From assembly GCA_903922465.1 (NCBI GenBank), contig CAIXTV010000098.1, positions 10,055 to 74,054 of the forward strand: a DNA stretch of 64,000 nt, written 5' to 3'. The position numbers and the translations under genes were made by a program. This DNA is from an uncultured bacterium (GTDB lineage: Bacteria; Bacteroidota; Bacteroidia; Bacteroidales; CAIXTV01). Shown piece by piece: positions 17,812 through 27,514 of this stretch. The notes beneath the pieces are model-generated. The model was not told the origin of the DNA and did not search any database. It saw only the letters and a list, made by a program, of their open reading frames with translations. How positions within the stretch are numbered: the stretch's first letter is position 1; the number at the start of each line of letters is the position of its first letter.

Positions 17812-18042
17812 AATTACATATTGTCGTTTGTAGTTTACAAATTGTTGTTTGTAGTTTGCAAAATGTCGTTTGAAGTTTACAAATTGTCGTTTGTAGTTTG
17901 CAAAATGTCGATTGTAGTTTGCACAATGTCGTTTGTAGTTTACAAAATGTTGAATGTAGTTTGCACAATGTCGAATGTAGTTTGCAAAATGTCGAATGTA
18001 GTTTGCACAATGTCGTTTGACAATTACAAATTTGCAATTGCA
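17812..18042. repeat. Array 1: about 11 strictly phased 21-bp tandem repeats, consensus GTTTGCAAAATGTCGTTTGTA
   Basis: Unit starts fall at 17833, 17854, 17875, 17896, 17917, 17938, 17959, 17980 and 18001, with degenerate end units. The units contain the palindrome TTTGCAAA, and the array ends in the perfect 12-bp palindrome TTGCAATTGCAA (18032-18043). Confidence 0.9.
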
Positions 18043-18323
18043 ATGAGTCCTTAAATTAGGCTATTAATTGATTGTGTTGGAATGTAAGCGCAGCTAGGCA
18101 ATTGTATAAATTCTGCAATGAATGCAAGATGATTTGAAATTATTTGATCTGAAATAACTAATACATACACATCTAATATGTTGGAAATTAAAAGAGCACG
18201 AAAGGAGGGAGGTTTTCTGAAAAATTAAAATCTCTAATGTTTAGTGAATATAAGGCAATAAGAACTGAGGAATTACAAGAACACCCCTAAAGATGTACCA
18301 CTTGGAATTTGGAACTTTCTCTC

Positions 18324-19571
18324 TTAGCCTTTCAAACTAAATCCTGCCTTTTTAAGGTCTGACCAAAAGTGTGGATAAGACTTCTTCACCACTTCTGCAT
18401 CCTGAATTTCTACTTCTTCAAATAACAAAGCAAGAGGGGCCATTGACATTGCGATACGATGATCGTTATAAGTTTCGAAACTAAGAGGTTTAGTGAATTT
18501 ATGCTGGGATGAAGTAATTAGAATGCTATTTAGGGTTGCTTTTATATTGCAATGAAACTTGCTTATTTCCTTTACTAGGGCCTTAACTCTATCCGATTCC
18601 TTTTGTCTTAGATGCGCAATTCCATTAATGGAGGCTGTTATGTTTAATGCAGCGCAAGTAACAGCAATGGAGGGAACTATATCAGGAAAATCACCCATCT
18701 CATATACCTCATTTTCCTGAACCTCACCTGTATGTTGTAAGTGTAGCCCATTTTCATCAAAAACACTCTTCACTCCTAATGTTTCGAACACTTCCATCAG
18801 CTTGCTATCTCCCTGAAGGCTATCAGCTTTCAGGCCTTTAATATAAACCTTACTGCCAGGAGAAAACGCCACCATTTGATACCAATAAGCAGCACTGCTC
18901 CAATCAGTTTCAACAAAAAAAACACTTGGTTTAATAAGGTTTAAATTACATGAAATGCTATTATTGTCTAACTCGAATTTCATTCCCATATCCTGCATCA
19001 GTTTCAGGGTCATATATATATAAGGAGTAGAAACTGGAGACTGATAAATTAATTGAGTCCCTTGCTTAAGTTTGGGCAATATCATTAGCAAAGCCGAAAC
19101 AAACTGACTGCTGAGGCTCGCATCTAATGTAATGTTCCCTTTGGTTAATTCCCCTCCAATTATCTTTATGGGTAAATAAGCCTGCTTTTCGATATATTCG
19201 ATAGTTGCTCCTATGGATTTCAACGCATCTACTAAGGGGGCAATGGGACGTTCCTTCATGCGTGGACTGCCATCAATAATGTAAACACCCTTAGTTATAG
19301 CTAACAAAGCGGTTAAAAACCGACATACGGTTCCTGCATTTTCGCAGTCTAAAACAAGTGCAATGTTATTATCATGATGATTTGAAATATCGCCAAGGAG
19401 TTTTCTTAACAAAAGGCTATCCTGTGCTTCACTTAGATTTTGAATTTCTATATTCCCGGGGAAAATAGATTGTAATATAAGCAAACGATTTGATATACTC
19501 TTTGATGCCGGAGGCAGAATGCTAGCATGAATGGGTAGAGAAGGGGGCTTTATTATTAATCGTTGCTTCAT
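18324..19571 (-). CDS. aroA: 3-phosphoshikimate 1-carboxyvinyltransferase (EPSP synthase)
   Basis: 415 aa. The N-terminal LPPASKSISNRLLIL signature is present, and RMKERPI and LRQKESDR are conserved AroA motifs. Confidence 0.9.
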   Translation of the reverse strand: MKQRLIIKPPSLPIHASILPPASKSISNRLLILQSIFPGNIEIQNLSEAQDSLLLRKLLGDISNHHDNNIALVLDCENAGTVCRFLTALLAITKGVYIIDGSPRMKERPIAPLVDALKSIGATIEYIEKQAYLPIKIIGGELTKGNITLDASLSSQFVSALLMILPKLKQGTQLIYQSPVSTPYIYMTLKLMQDMGMKFELDNNSISCNLNLIKPSVFFVETDWSSAAYWYQMVAFSPGSKVYIKGLKADSLQGDSKLMEVFETLGVKSVFDENGLHLQHTGEVQENEVYEMGDFPDIVPSIAVTCAALNITASINGIAHLRQKESDRVKALVKEISKFHCNIKATLNSILITSSQHKFTKPLSFETYNDHRIAMSMAPLALLFEEVEIQDAEVVKKSYPHFWSDLKKAGFSLKG

Positions 19572-19969
19572 TATGTAGATAAATTTGGGAAAATAAATTT
19601 GATTTCAAAGATATAATTTTAATGGAATAGAACTAATGAAAATTTTGACTGAATGCTTTCGCTTACAATGAATATCTGCTTGAAAATAAATGAAAGGCTT
19701 AAGGAGGTAGATATATAAATTCAAATATTCCGATATCAGAAATTTGTAAGGAACTTTAAGTTCAGCAACAGAATAGATACCTTATTAAGATTATGCAAAG
19801 CCCTAAATAAATATATCCCACTCAATTCTTTAGAAGGAAATACTTCGTTTTTACAATTAACAAAATTACTGTATCACAACATTAATTACAATTATGCAGG
19901 TGCAGTTTGATAGTTCACCCTTTTAAATGTTTTTTCGCCATTGTAATAAGTGACGAAGCCAAATGATTT

Positions 19970-22174
19970 TTATTGAATAATAAGTTTTCTTATTTGAAAT
20001 GTATTTGTTTTGCGGTCGCTTAGCTTTAATAAATAAATTCCTTTTGCATTTTGTGAGATATCTACAGTTGAATTAGAAGAAGCATGTATATGGTGATAAA
20101 CCTGCTTTCCTTGAGCAGAAAAAATGCTCACATCAAGAGGATTATCATGTTTGGTTAGTATGTTGAATTTGCCATTACCAGGATTGGGAAAGATTATTAA
20201 CTCATCTTCATTTTGAATCTCACTTACTGAAGCGAAATCAACGGTTGATCTTGGAAGAACCATATATGATCCAATAAAGGGGGGGGTAAGATTAGGGGTG
20301 TATTGCGATACAATGCCAGTTATAGTAAAGAGAGATGTAGGGGCTGAGGTGCCTTGTAAAGGGCATTGAGTGTATATAGCAATGGAAATGGTATCGATGC
20401 CGTTTCTGGCTTTAACTGTGGCGGTAGGGCCTGCTATGGTGGGCCATCCTGAAATATACACAAGACTATCTATCTTAACCAACCACGATTCATAAGTGTC
20501 GTTAGGTGAATTTATAATCTGAGGATTATGCAATGGGTTTCCTGAAGAGATAAGGATAATCGAATCGGGTGCAATTTCAATAAGACCTCTGGTTTGAAGA
20601 ATTCTCCCAATAACCCTAATCTGATCGCCTTCTGTGACATTATAACCAAAATTAGAAGCTGAGTTAAAAACATTTATTCCTCCATTCGCATCTAAAATAT
20701 AAAAGGATAATCCCAGAGTGGTATAATTAAATCCATGAACAATTCCAGTAAGTTTGCAATATACATTATTGGAGTCGGCAACCCCCTGCGCATTTATTCC
20801 TTTTACCTGTGGAATAGTGTAAACAGGAACATAAGGCGGAGTGTAAACAGTAATTTCATTTCCATAATAGGTGGAGGTTGCATTAGTTGCGTATGCCCTT
20901 GCATAATAAAGGGTGGTGGGCGATAAGCCATTTATGATGCTAGTGAATGAACCTATAGTCCCTGTTTCTGAAGAATGACTGTTTGTAATGACTGGGTTAG
21001 GAGAAGTATTCCAGCAAATCCCTCTCGCAGTAATAGGGCTAACCCCATTATTAATTACATTTCCCGTTATATTGACTGAATATGAGCTCAAGTTTGAATA
21101 GGATGTTGTCGAAACAAAAGGAATAGCATTATTGTCAGGGGCAAAGGCGATGCCTCTGAAAAGAGTTTTTGTTGGAGATACAGCAATGGATGTTGCAATA
21201 GCAGTTGGGCTGTTGTCAATGATTTTAATGATTCGATTAAGAACCGTTTCAGCTGTGGTGGCATAAATAATGGGAAATGGAGCATTCCAATTAACAGCAA
21301 TACTTCTACAACCAACGGTGGAAGTAATTCCGGTGCCTAAGGTATAGGATAACGTCCATATTCCTGAATTCTTAACCCATTTTTGAATTCCACCTCCTGA
21401 AGTCGTAACCCTGTCGTCGGCTATATAACAAGTGTCAGAGGTTGAGTTCATCGAAAAAGCAAAAGGAGAAGAAGTAGGTCCTGTTGCGATTAAGTTGGTA
21501 GATATTTGCCCTGCCGTTGTTGGTGTTCCTGCACCAACTAAATATAATCCAAAAGTACCTTTATTGGTTATATAATATAGTTGTGAATTAAAAATGGCAA
21601 TATATCTTATGCTTGTTGAAGTAGAGGAAACAATTGCTGTATCGGTTGCAAGGCTTCCAAAATGATAAACTCCGGTGGTTCCTCCGGCAGCCCAATAATT
21701 ATCATTGCCATCGCTTACTGCAGAACGGATGTTGTTTGTGGAAAAAGCTGTAGAAGTTTCTGCGGCAGTAGAGATTGTCCCGAACTGGTTTATTTTTGCC
21801 ACCACTCTTTTCACAGCAATAGCACTACTGCTTGAAAGACTCATTGTGTAAGGAGGAGTTATTTTATATCCTGCAAAGCAAACCTGGCTGCCATCGGCAC
21901 TTCTAGTAAGTTGACCTTCTGAGGAAGCAGACCCACTTATGCAATAAGGATTGGCGCCTGTTGTTGGCAAAGCTATTGTATTCATTAAGGTTCCAAAAGC
22001 AGTGTATTCTTGTATATAGCATGGATTGCCCAAGCTAAATAATGTGTCTACTCCGTTTCCTACTTTTAAAACCACTAAATTACCAGGTGTAAACTGAGCT
22101 TGTATATTAGTGAGGCTTGTAAGTGTAAAAAAAGCAATCAAAAAGAAAGCTTTAATGAATGAATAATTTTTCAT
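19970..22174 (-). CDS. Secreted protein with a T9SS C-terminal sorting domain
   Basis: 734 aa. It has an N-terminal signal peptide (…LTNIQAQ) and a C-terminal FPNPGNGKFNI...GIYLLKL...IRKLIIQ typical of a type A T9SS CTD. Confidence 0.75.
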   Translation of the reverse strand: MKNYSFIKAFFLIAFFTLTSLTNIQAQFTPGNLVVLKVGNGVDTLFSLGNPCYIQEYTAFGTLMNTIALPTTGANPYCISGSASSEGQLTRSADGSQVCFAGYKITPPYTMSLSSSSAIAVKRVVAKINQFGTISTAAETSTAFSTNNIRSAVSDGNDNYWAAGGTTGVYHFGSLATDTAIVSSTSTSIRYIAIFNSQLYYITNKGTFGLYLVGAGTPTTAGQISTNLIATGPTSSPFAFSMNSTSDTCYIADDRVTTSGGGIQKWVKNSGIWTLSYTLGTGITSTVGCRSIAVNWNAPFPIIYATTAETVLNRIIKIIDNSPTAIATSIAVSPTKTLFRGIAFAPDNNAIPFVSTTSYSNLSSYSVNITGNVINNGVSPITARGICWNTSPNPVITNSHSSETGTIGSFTSIINGLSPTTLYYARAYATNATSTYYGNEITVYTPPYVPVYTIPQVKGINAQGVADSNNVYCKLTGIVHGFNYTTLGLSFYILDANGGINVFNSASNFGYNVTEGDQIRVIGRILQTRGLIEIAPDSIILISSGNPLHNPQIINSPNDTYESWLVKIDSLVYISGWPTIAGPTATVKARNGIDTISIAIYTQCPLQGTSAPTSLFTITGIVSQYTPNLTPPFIGSYMVLPRSTVDFASVSEIQNEDELIIFPNPGNGKFNILTKHDNPLDVSIFSAQGKQVYHHIHASSNSTVDISQNAKGIYLLKLSDRKTNTFQIRKLIIQ

Positions 22175-22201
22175 GTTGGTTAAATTAAATATGGATGATA
22201 A

Positions 22202-24574
22202 TTAGTCGAGCTTAATGATTTTACCTGTAAATGCATCCTCTCCAACTTTAATATTATAATAATAAACCCCCGAATGTAGCTTTGCTGCATCGAAGTGAAT
22301 ATTATGCTCCCCCTTTTCCTGCATTGAATTGCAAAGAATACTGATTAATCTTCCTGTAACATCATAAATGGAAATGAAAATATGTTTTGATGCTTTCAAG
22401 GTAAAGCTAAAGTTGGTTTGTGCTGCAAAAGGGTTAGGGAAAGCAGAAAATGTAAAGTCATTATTATTCTGGGCTATTCCTGCATATAAGCTTACAACAT
22501 CAGAAGGGTCGGATGCGCATCCATTTTCGGTAACTATATCAGTATAATTTCCTGTGACTAAAGATGAAACCATTAGTTTCGGCCCATTTTCCCCCAATAA
22601 AATATTTCCGTCTTTATACCATTGATTCCCAATGGCAATATTTGATTTTAAAGTGTCAATGGCACTGTAAACAACAGTAATTTGCGGTTTTGCGGGTAGG
22701 GTAATAAGTGAGACCTCAATACTGTCTTTATTTGTACAACCATTAGCACCATTTACGGTTACAACATAATATTGAGAACTTATTGGGATGAAGGGGACTC
22801 CTTGCAAAACACTATTATTCCATACATAGCTTACTCCACCACTCGCAAATAAAGCGATGCTGCTACCCTGACAAATACTGGTATCGTTTCCTACTAAAGC
22901 TGTAGGAAGTGGTAAGATGTTAATGGAAATACTATCTGTTTTCTTACACCCGTTTTTGTTGACTAAAACATTGTAAATGCCAGCATCGCTAACAGTTATG
23001 GCTTGTGATGTGTCATTTGTATTCCATAAATAGGTGCTTCCTGGATTTCCAGCATTCAATACAAATTGACCGGGGCAGGCTGTAGTATCGTTTCCAAGGT
23101 TGATGATAGGCAAATTGTTAAAGCCAGGCATATTTGCATCCATCCATGTCAATCGGTTTGTTATCCATGTTTTTAATGCAGTAATTTCTCCCGAATAACT
23201 GGATGGATAAGGACTTGGATTTGGCCAAGTGTAGACTCCCAAAATTGGCCATTGAACAAAGTGGCGTGCCTGAGCTTCGTTCAAATAAGCCTTTGTCGTA
23301 TCGATATATGCATTTATGGAAGCATTACTAAAAACCCCTTGTCTTAATTCGTTCCAGCGGCATTTAAGATTAGATGTAAAGGAAGTGTCCTGCATAAAAC
23401 GCGCCCACCAAAACGGTACATCTCCAGTATAGGATTCATTATCAACATAAGCCCATCCACTAGTATAACTGCCATGATTATAATTGGCATTCCCTAAGGC
23501 AATATTATAATCCCATGCCGGCCCACATACAATCTTTCTTCCTTCGCTTTCTCTATTCTTATATAAAAATGTACTTAGCCTATAACTATCAACATTTCTG
23601 GTGAGTTCATTTAATATGAAATAATCGATAAAAGAACCCACGTCTATATATTTTCTATATCCTGTTACAGGATTAGCAAAATAAGAAGAATTTAAAGCTA
23701 CTTCAAAAGAATCTACATAAGCCTTTATGTAATTCTCTTGTGGGACAACTATTTCGTCAAATGCAGGATAATCATATAAAAAGCGAACAGTATGACTTGC
23801 CGCTGTCTGGAAAGTAGAGTTCCAACCATCGCTGCCTCCGCTTCCAGTTGTCTTGTCTATTTTAAAAATATATCCCCCTGTAAGTGCATCGCCAACAGTA
23901 TCGGTAGATTCCATTTTTGCAATATTAACACGGTTGGCATCATGTTTGATTTTTTCCATCCACACATATATCCCTTGGTAGGTTCCATTCAAAACCAATT
24001 CGCAAAACTTTGTGCGTGCTGCATAATGACCAGTTTTATTGGCTAAATCGTAGACCAAAGTATTTCGCATACATGACTTATCGTTATAAGGAGCATAAAG
24101 TATCCAAGCATTTTCTTCAGGCATTTCTAATACTATGGTGTCATGTTCCTCCCCACTTGTGTCGCGGGTTTCTATGCTGTAAGGTTTCTGAGGAAAGTCT
24201 TGAGAAGTAGAGCCTCTCAGTTCGATGCCAATTCTGTTGTTGTAATTATTAAAAGGGTCGGTCATATAATTTCTAATGCCTGGGCCATGGTATATAACAC
24301 CCATAAAGGCCGCAATCTTTGGAGTATCTGGAACAGTTACGTTATTTGTATTTATAACTATAATAGGCAGGTTTGATGAGGTGAAAACGACCTTTGGAGA
24401 AGGGCTTTTATTTAGGTTTTGACTATTGGCACCTTTTGGGTCAATCGAAATCGTTTTAGTTGCATTATAAAAAGAATAGTTTGGAAGTGCGCTACTGCTA
24501 TCAAAAGCCTGTGCATTAGCACATAGGGTTTTGAATATGCAAATGATAATTATAAGAGGTATTGTTTTTTTCAT
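22202..24574 (-). CDS. CotH kinase-family protein with Ig-like repeats and a T9SS C-terminal sorting domain
   Basis: The CotH-like core reads FIDYFILNELTRNVDSYRLSTFLYKNR..GPAWDYNIALGN. The C-terminal FPNPFAAQTNFSF...GVYYY is a T9SS CTD. I place the start at MKKTIPLIIII (ATG 24574) rather than the track's 24679. Confidence 0.75.
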   Translation of the reverse strand: MKKTIPLIIIICIFKTLCANAQAFDSSSALPNYSFYNATKTISIDPKGANSQNLNKSPSPKVVFTSSNLPIIVINTNNVTVPDTPKIAAFMGVIYHGPGIRNYMTDPFNNYNNRIGIELRGSTSQDFPQKPYSIETRDTSGEEHDTIVLEMPEENAWILYAPYNDKSCMRNTLVYDLANKTGHYAARTKFCELVLNGTYQGIYVWMEKIKHDANRVNIAKMESTDTVGDALTGGYIFKIDKTTGSGGSDGWNSTFQTAASHTVRFLYDYPAFDEIVVPQENYIKAYVDSFEVALNSSYFANPVTGYRKYIDVGSFIDYFILNELTRNVDSYRLSTFLYKNRESEGRKIVCGPAWDYNIALGNANYNHGSYTSGWAYVDNESYTGDVPFWWARFMQDTSFTSNLKCRWNELRQGVFSNASINAYIDTTKAYLNEAQARHFVQWPILGVYTWPNPSPYPSSYSGEITALKTWITNRLTWMDANMPGFNNLPIINLGNDTTACPGQFVLNAGNPGSTYLWNTNDTSQAITVSDAGIYNVLVNKNGCKKTDSISINILPLPTALVGNDTSICQGSSIALFASGGVSYVWNNSVLQGVPFIPISSQYYVVTVNGANGCTNKDSIEVSLITLPAKPQITVVYSAIDTLKSNIAIGNQWYKDGNILLGENGPKLMVSSLVTGNYTDIVTENGCASDPSDVVSLYAGIAQNNNDFTFSAFPNPFAAQTNFSFTLKASKHIFISIYDVTGRLISILCNSMQEKGEHNIHFDAAKLHSGVYYYNIKVGEDAFTGKIIKLD

Positions 24575-24784
24575 GATGAACATATTGTTTAAAATGACAA
24601 TAATAATTTTTTCAAAGATATTCATTATCTTAATATCAAAGATAATTATAAATGTTTTTTTGATTTCCCTTGTATGCATTTGATTTTCTGCTATTGAAAT
24701 AATCAGTAAAATTCTCTTCTTTCAATAAAAAAATCTCCATTCTTCAATATTAATTGTATTTTTATCCTCTTAAATATTAATACT

Positions 24785-26131
24785 ATGAAAAATATTAAAA
24801 ACTTAGTCATTGCCATTTTATCATTGGTTTCATTGCTGTTAAATTCGCCACACAGCATTGCACAGTCGAAAATTGAAGCTAAAGACATTAAAGATAAAAT
24901 GCAATGGTTTGCCGACGCCAAACTGGGCATTTTTATTCATGCAGGTATTTATGCCGTTGATGGTATTGGGGAATCGTGGAGCTTTCATAATAAACACATC
25001 AGCCATGCCGATTATATGAAACAATTGAAAGGGTTTACTTTGAAGAATTACGACCCGGCTGCTTGGGCAAAACTCATTGAGGAAAGTGGTGCGCGTTATG
25101 CAGTCATTACAACTAAACACCACGATGGTGTAGCCATGTACGATACTAAAATGAACGACCTGAGCATAGTTAAAGCGACACCTGCAAAAAGAGATATGAT
25201 AAAGCCCTTTTTCGATGAATTGCGCAAACGTAACATTAAATGTGGTGCCTATTTCTCCCTTATCGACTGGTCCTATCCCGATTATCCCGGCTTCTTGAAA
25301 GATAGTTCAAGATATAAAATAGAAGTAGACTATGACAGATGGAATCGGTTTCGGAAGTTTTTTCAAGGGCAAATACGAGAAATAAGCAAGCAACTCAATC
25401 CCGATTTATGGTGGTTCGACGGCGATTGGGAACACAGTGCTGAGCAATGGGAATCGGAAAAAATTCGCAGTATTATTTTGACTAATAATCCTAAAGCTAT
25501 TATTAATGGGCGACTTCAGGGTTATGGCGATTATGAAACTCCTGAGCAAAATTTCCCGGTTTCCCGCCCAAAATTCAATTGGTGGGAACTTTGCATGACT
25601 ACCAACGAAAGTTGGGGTTATCAAAACGACACAATTTGGAAAACTCCTTATGAAGTCATCTCTATTTTTGTGGATGCCGTCTCAAATGGGGGAAATCTAC
25701 TTCTCGATATGGGTCCACGTGAGGATGGAAGCATTCCAACTGAGCAAATTATGGTGTTGAAAGAATTGGGTCTCTGGAATAAAAAGAATGGCGAAGCTAT
25801 CTTCAATACTATTGGTGGCATTCCACAGGGTCACTTCTATGGACCCACCACTTTATCAAAGGATTCCACCACACTTTATTTGTTTCTGCATGGCAAAACT
25901 AGCGGGCAAGTAATGCTGAAAGGCTTGGATAATAAAATTGAAGATATAGTGGTGCTTGGAAACAACACCAAACTCACCCATAAAGTAGTAGGTAAAATCT
26001 CTTGGAGTAGTGTCCCCGGATTGGTATATATTGATGTTCCCGAAAAAGTGCTCGATAAATATATAACGGTTCTAAAACTCAAACTCGATAAGCCTGTTCA
26101 TCTCTACAGAGGGCAGGGCGGATTTTATTGA
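24785..26131 (+). CDS. Alpha-L-fucosidase (GH29)
   Basis: 448 aa with a signal peptide. AKLGIFIHAGIYAV...YAVITTKHHDGVAMYDT...WWFDGDWE matches the GH29 pattern as I remember it. Confidence 0.85.
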   Translation: MKNIKNLVIAILSLVSLLLNSPHSIAQSKIEAKDIKDKMQWFADAKLGIFIHAGIYAVDGIGESWSFHNKHISHADYMKQLKGFTLKNYDPAAWAKLIEESGARYAVITTKHHDGVAMYDTKMNDLSIVKATPAKRDMIKPFFDELRKRNIKCGAYFSLIDWSYPDYPGFLKDSSRYKIEVDYDRWNRFRKFFQGQIREISKQLNPDLWWFDGDWEHSAEQWESEKIRSIILTNNPKAIINGRLQGYGDYETPEQNFPVSRPKFNWWELCMTTNESWGYQNDTIWKTPYEVISIFVDAVSNGGNLLLDMGPREDGSIPTEQIMVLKELGLWNKKNGEAIFNTIGGIPQGHFYGPTTLSKDSTTLYLFLHGKTSGQVMLKGLDNKIEDIVVLGNNTKLTHKVVGKISWSSVPGLVYIDVPEKVLDKYITVLKLKLDKPVHLYRGQGGFY

Positions 26132-26421
26132 GATGCTGCCCTTTGAAATTTCTAATGAATTCAAAAATAATTCCAGAATTGCTCTTATCTCTTACACCTT
26201 TTATGCGACAATGCTCTTGATTGCTAATAAGTTTTATGACTACTAGGTTTAATCATCCCAAATTTTGGCCCTACTGAATTTATTGAGAGAATCTTTTTGA
26301 TGAAACGCTCATTATTCTACAATTTCACCTTTTATAAAATACTCCTATCTATCTCTTTTGTTATCATTTTAGGACGCAATTGATTCATTCACAATTTGAG
26401 TATACAATATAAAATTTATAT

Positions 26422-26715
26422 CAAGGGTAACTCAAACCAAGGCAAGGGCCTCGCTAACAATAGCAAGAGCATCTCGCACCCGAGCAAGGGCATTTCCGAC
26501 AATAGCAAGGGCATCTCAAACCAAAGCATGGGCATTTCAAACCAAAGCAAGGGCATCTCAAACCAAAGCAAGGGCATTTCAAACCAAAGCAAGGGCATCT
26601 CAAACCAAAGCAAGGGCATCTCAAACCAAAGCAAGGGCATTTCAGACAATAGCAAGGGCATTTCAGACAATAGCAAGGGCATTTCAGACAATAGCATCAA
26701 TAGCATTTTTCATAG
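26422..26715. repeat. Array 2: about 14 strictly phased 21-bp tandem repeats, consensus CAAGGGCATCTCAAACCAAAG
   Basis: Unit starts fall at 26422, 26443, 26464 and so on to 26695, each exactly 21 nt apart. Central units are near-identical and flank units are degenerate (…CAGACAATAG variant). Confidence 0.9.
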
Positions 26716-26895
26716 TATGCAGATTTAAAGTTATTTATATGAAATAGCATTTGCGACATGAATTTGCTCTCACTGATAATATATTTCCTTATTGTACCGA
26801 TTTAGGAAAAATAATATTACTTTTGGCTCGTTATTTGCATTCGTAATATGTCAAATTAAAAGCTAACATTCAATTTATTAAAAATAGATTACATT

Positions 26896-27438
26896 ATGAA
26901 AACCATCTCAATTTTCTTGTTCTCAATTTTCCTATCCTGCTCATTATGGGCTCAAAAAGCGGAGATAAAAGAGAAGAATTACCCAAAAGTTCCTTCAGTT
27001 GAGCTAAAAGACGTGAAAGGAAATACCATTAACACAGCAAAAATCAATAACGATGGCAAGCCCATCATTATTAGTTTCTGGGCCTTATGGTGCAAACCCT
27101 GTCAAAAAGAACTTTCTGCCATTTCAGATGTTTTCGACGATTGGGTAAAAGAAACAGGAGTGAAATTATATGCAGTTTCTATCGACGATTCACGTTCTTC
27201 ATCAAAAGTGAAACCCACTGCCGAAGGTAAAGGCTGGGAATTTGAAATACTTTTAGATGTGAACAGCGATTTCAAACGTGCCATGAATGTCAACATGATT
27301 CCTCATACTTTTATCTTGAACGGAAAAGGGGAAATTGTATGGCAACATACTTCCTTTGCCGATGGTGGCGAACTGGAACTAATTAAGGTAGTGAAAAAAA
27401 TTCTTGCAGGTGAAGATGTTTCCACGGAAGGAAAATAA
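26896..27438 (+). CDS. TlpA-family thiol:disulfide oxidoreductase (thioredoxin fold)
   Basis: 180 aa with a signal peptide and the WALWCKPCQKE active-site motif. Confidence 0.85.
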   Translation: MKTISIFLFSIFLSCSLWAQKAEIKEKNYPKVPSVELKDVKGNTINTAKINNDGKPIIISFWALWCKPCQKELSAISDVFDDWVKETGVKLYAVSIDDSRSSSKVKPTAEGKGWEFEILLDVNSDFKRAMNVNMIPHTFILNGKGEIVWQHTSFADGGELELIKVVKKILAGEDVSTEGK

Positions 27439-27514
27439 GACCCAACGCTACTCTGTAATCTTGGGACTTGGAATTTAAAAAAATAGTAGAATCAATTAGC
27501 AACACATCTCATAA

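Noticed and set aside
17764-18054. Track ORFs on both strands across array 1 (17764..18054 + and 17807..18043 -), read as heptad-repeat proteins
   Set aside because: Both strands are open only because a 21-nt unit without stop triplets is repeated. There is no flanking non-repeat coding sequence and no convincing start context. The same mirrored-ORF artefact occurs at every array.
24575-24679. Long N-terminal extensions offered by the ORF track. Examples are CotH-like from 24679, the EEP gene from 52302, proS from TTG 58918, pyrE from 30836, the NUDIX gene from 30942 and pstB from TTG 34717.
   Set aside because: The extensions precede clear signal peptides or conserved N-termini. They would overlap neighbouring genes or use TTG starts. 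Internal ATGs give products that match the family-typical N-termini.
26396-26728. ORFs 26396..26728 (+) and 26416..26706 (-), read as SKGISNQ-repeat or PLLWFEM-repeat proteins
   Set aside because: This is the same periodicity artefact. The plus-strand ORF begins at a TTG inside non-coding-looking sequence. It is kept as a repeat, with translation left only as a formal alternative.
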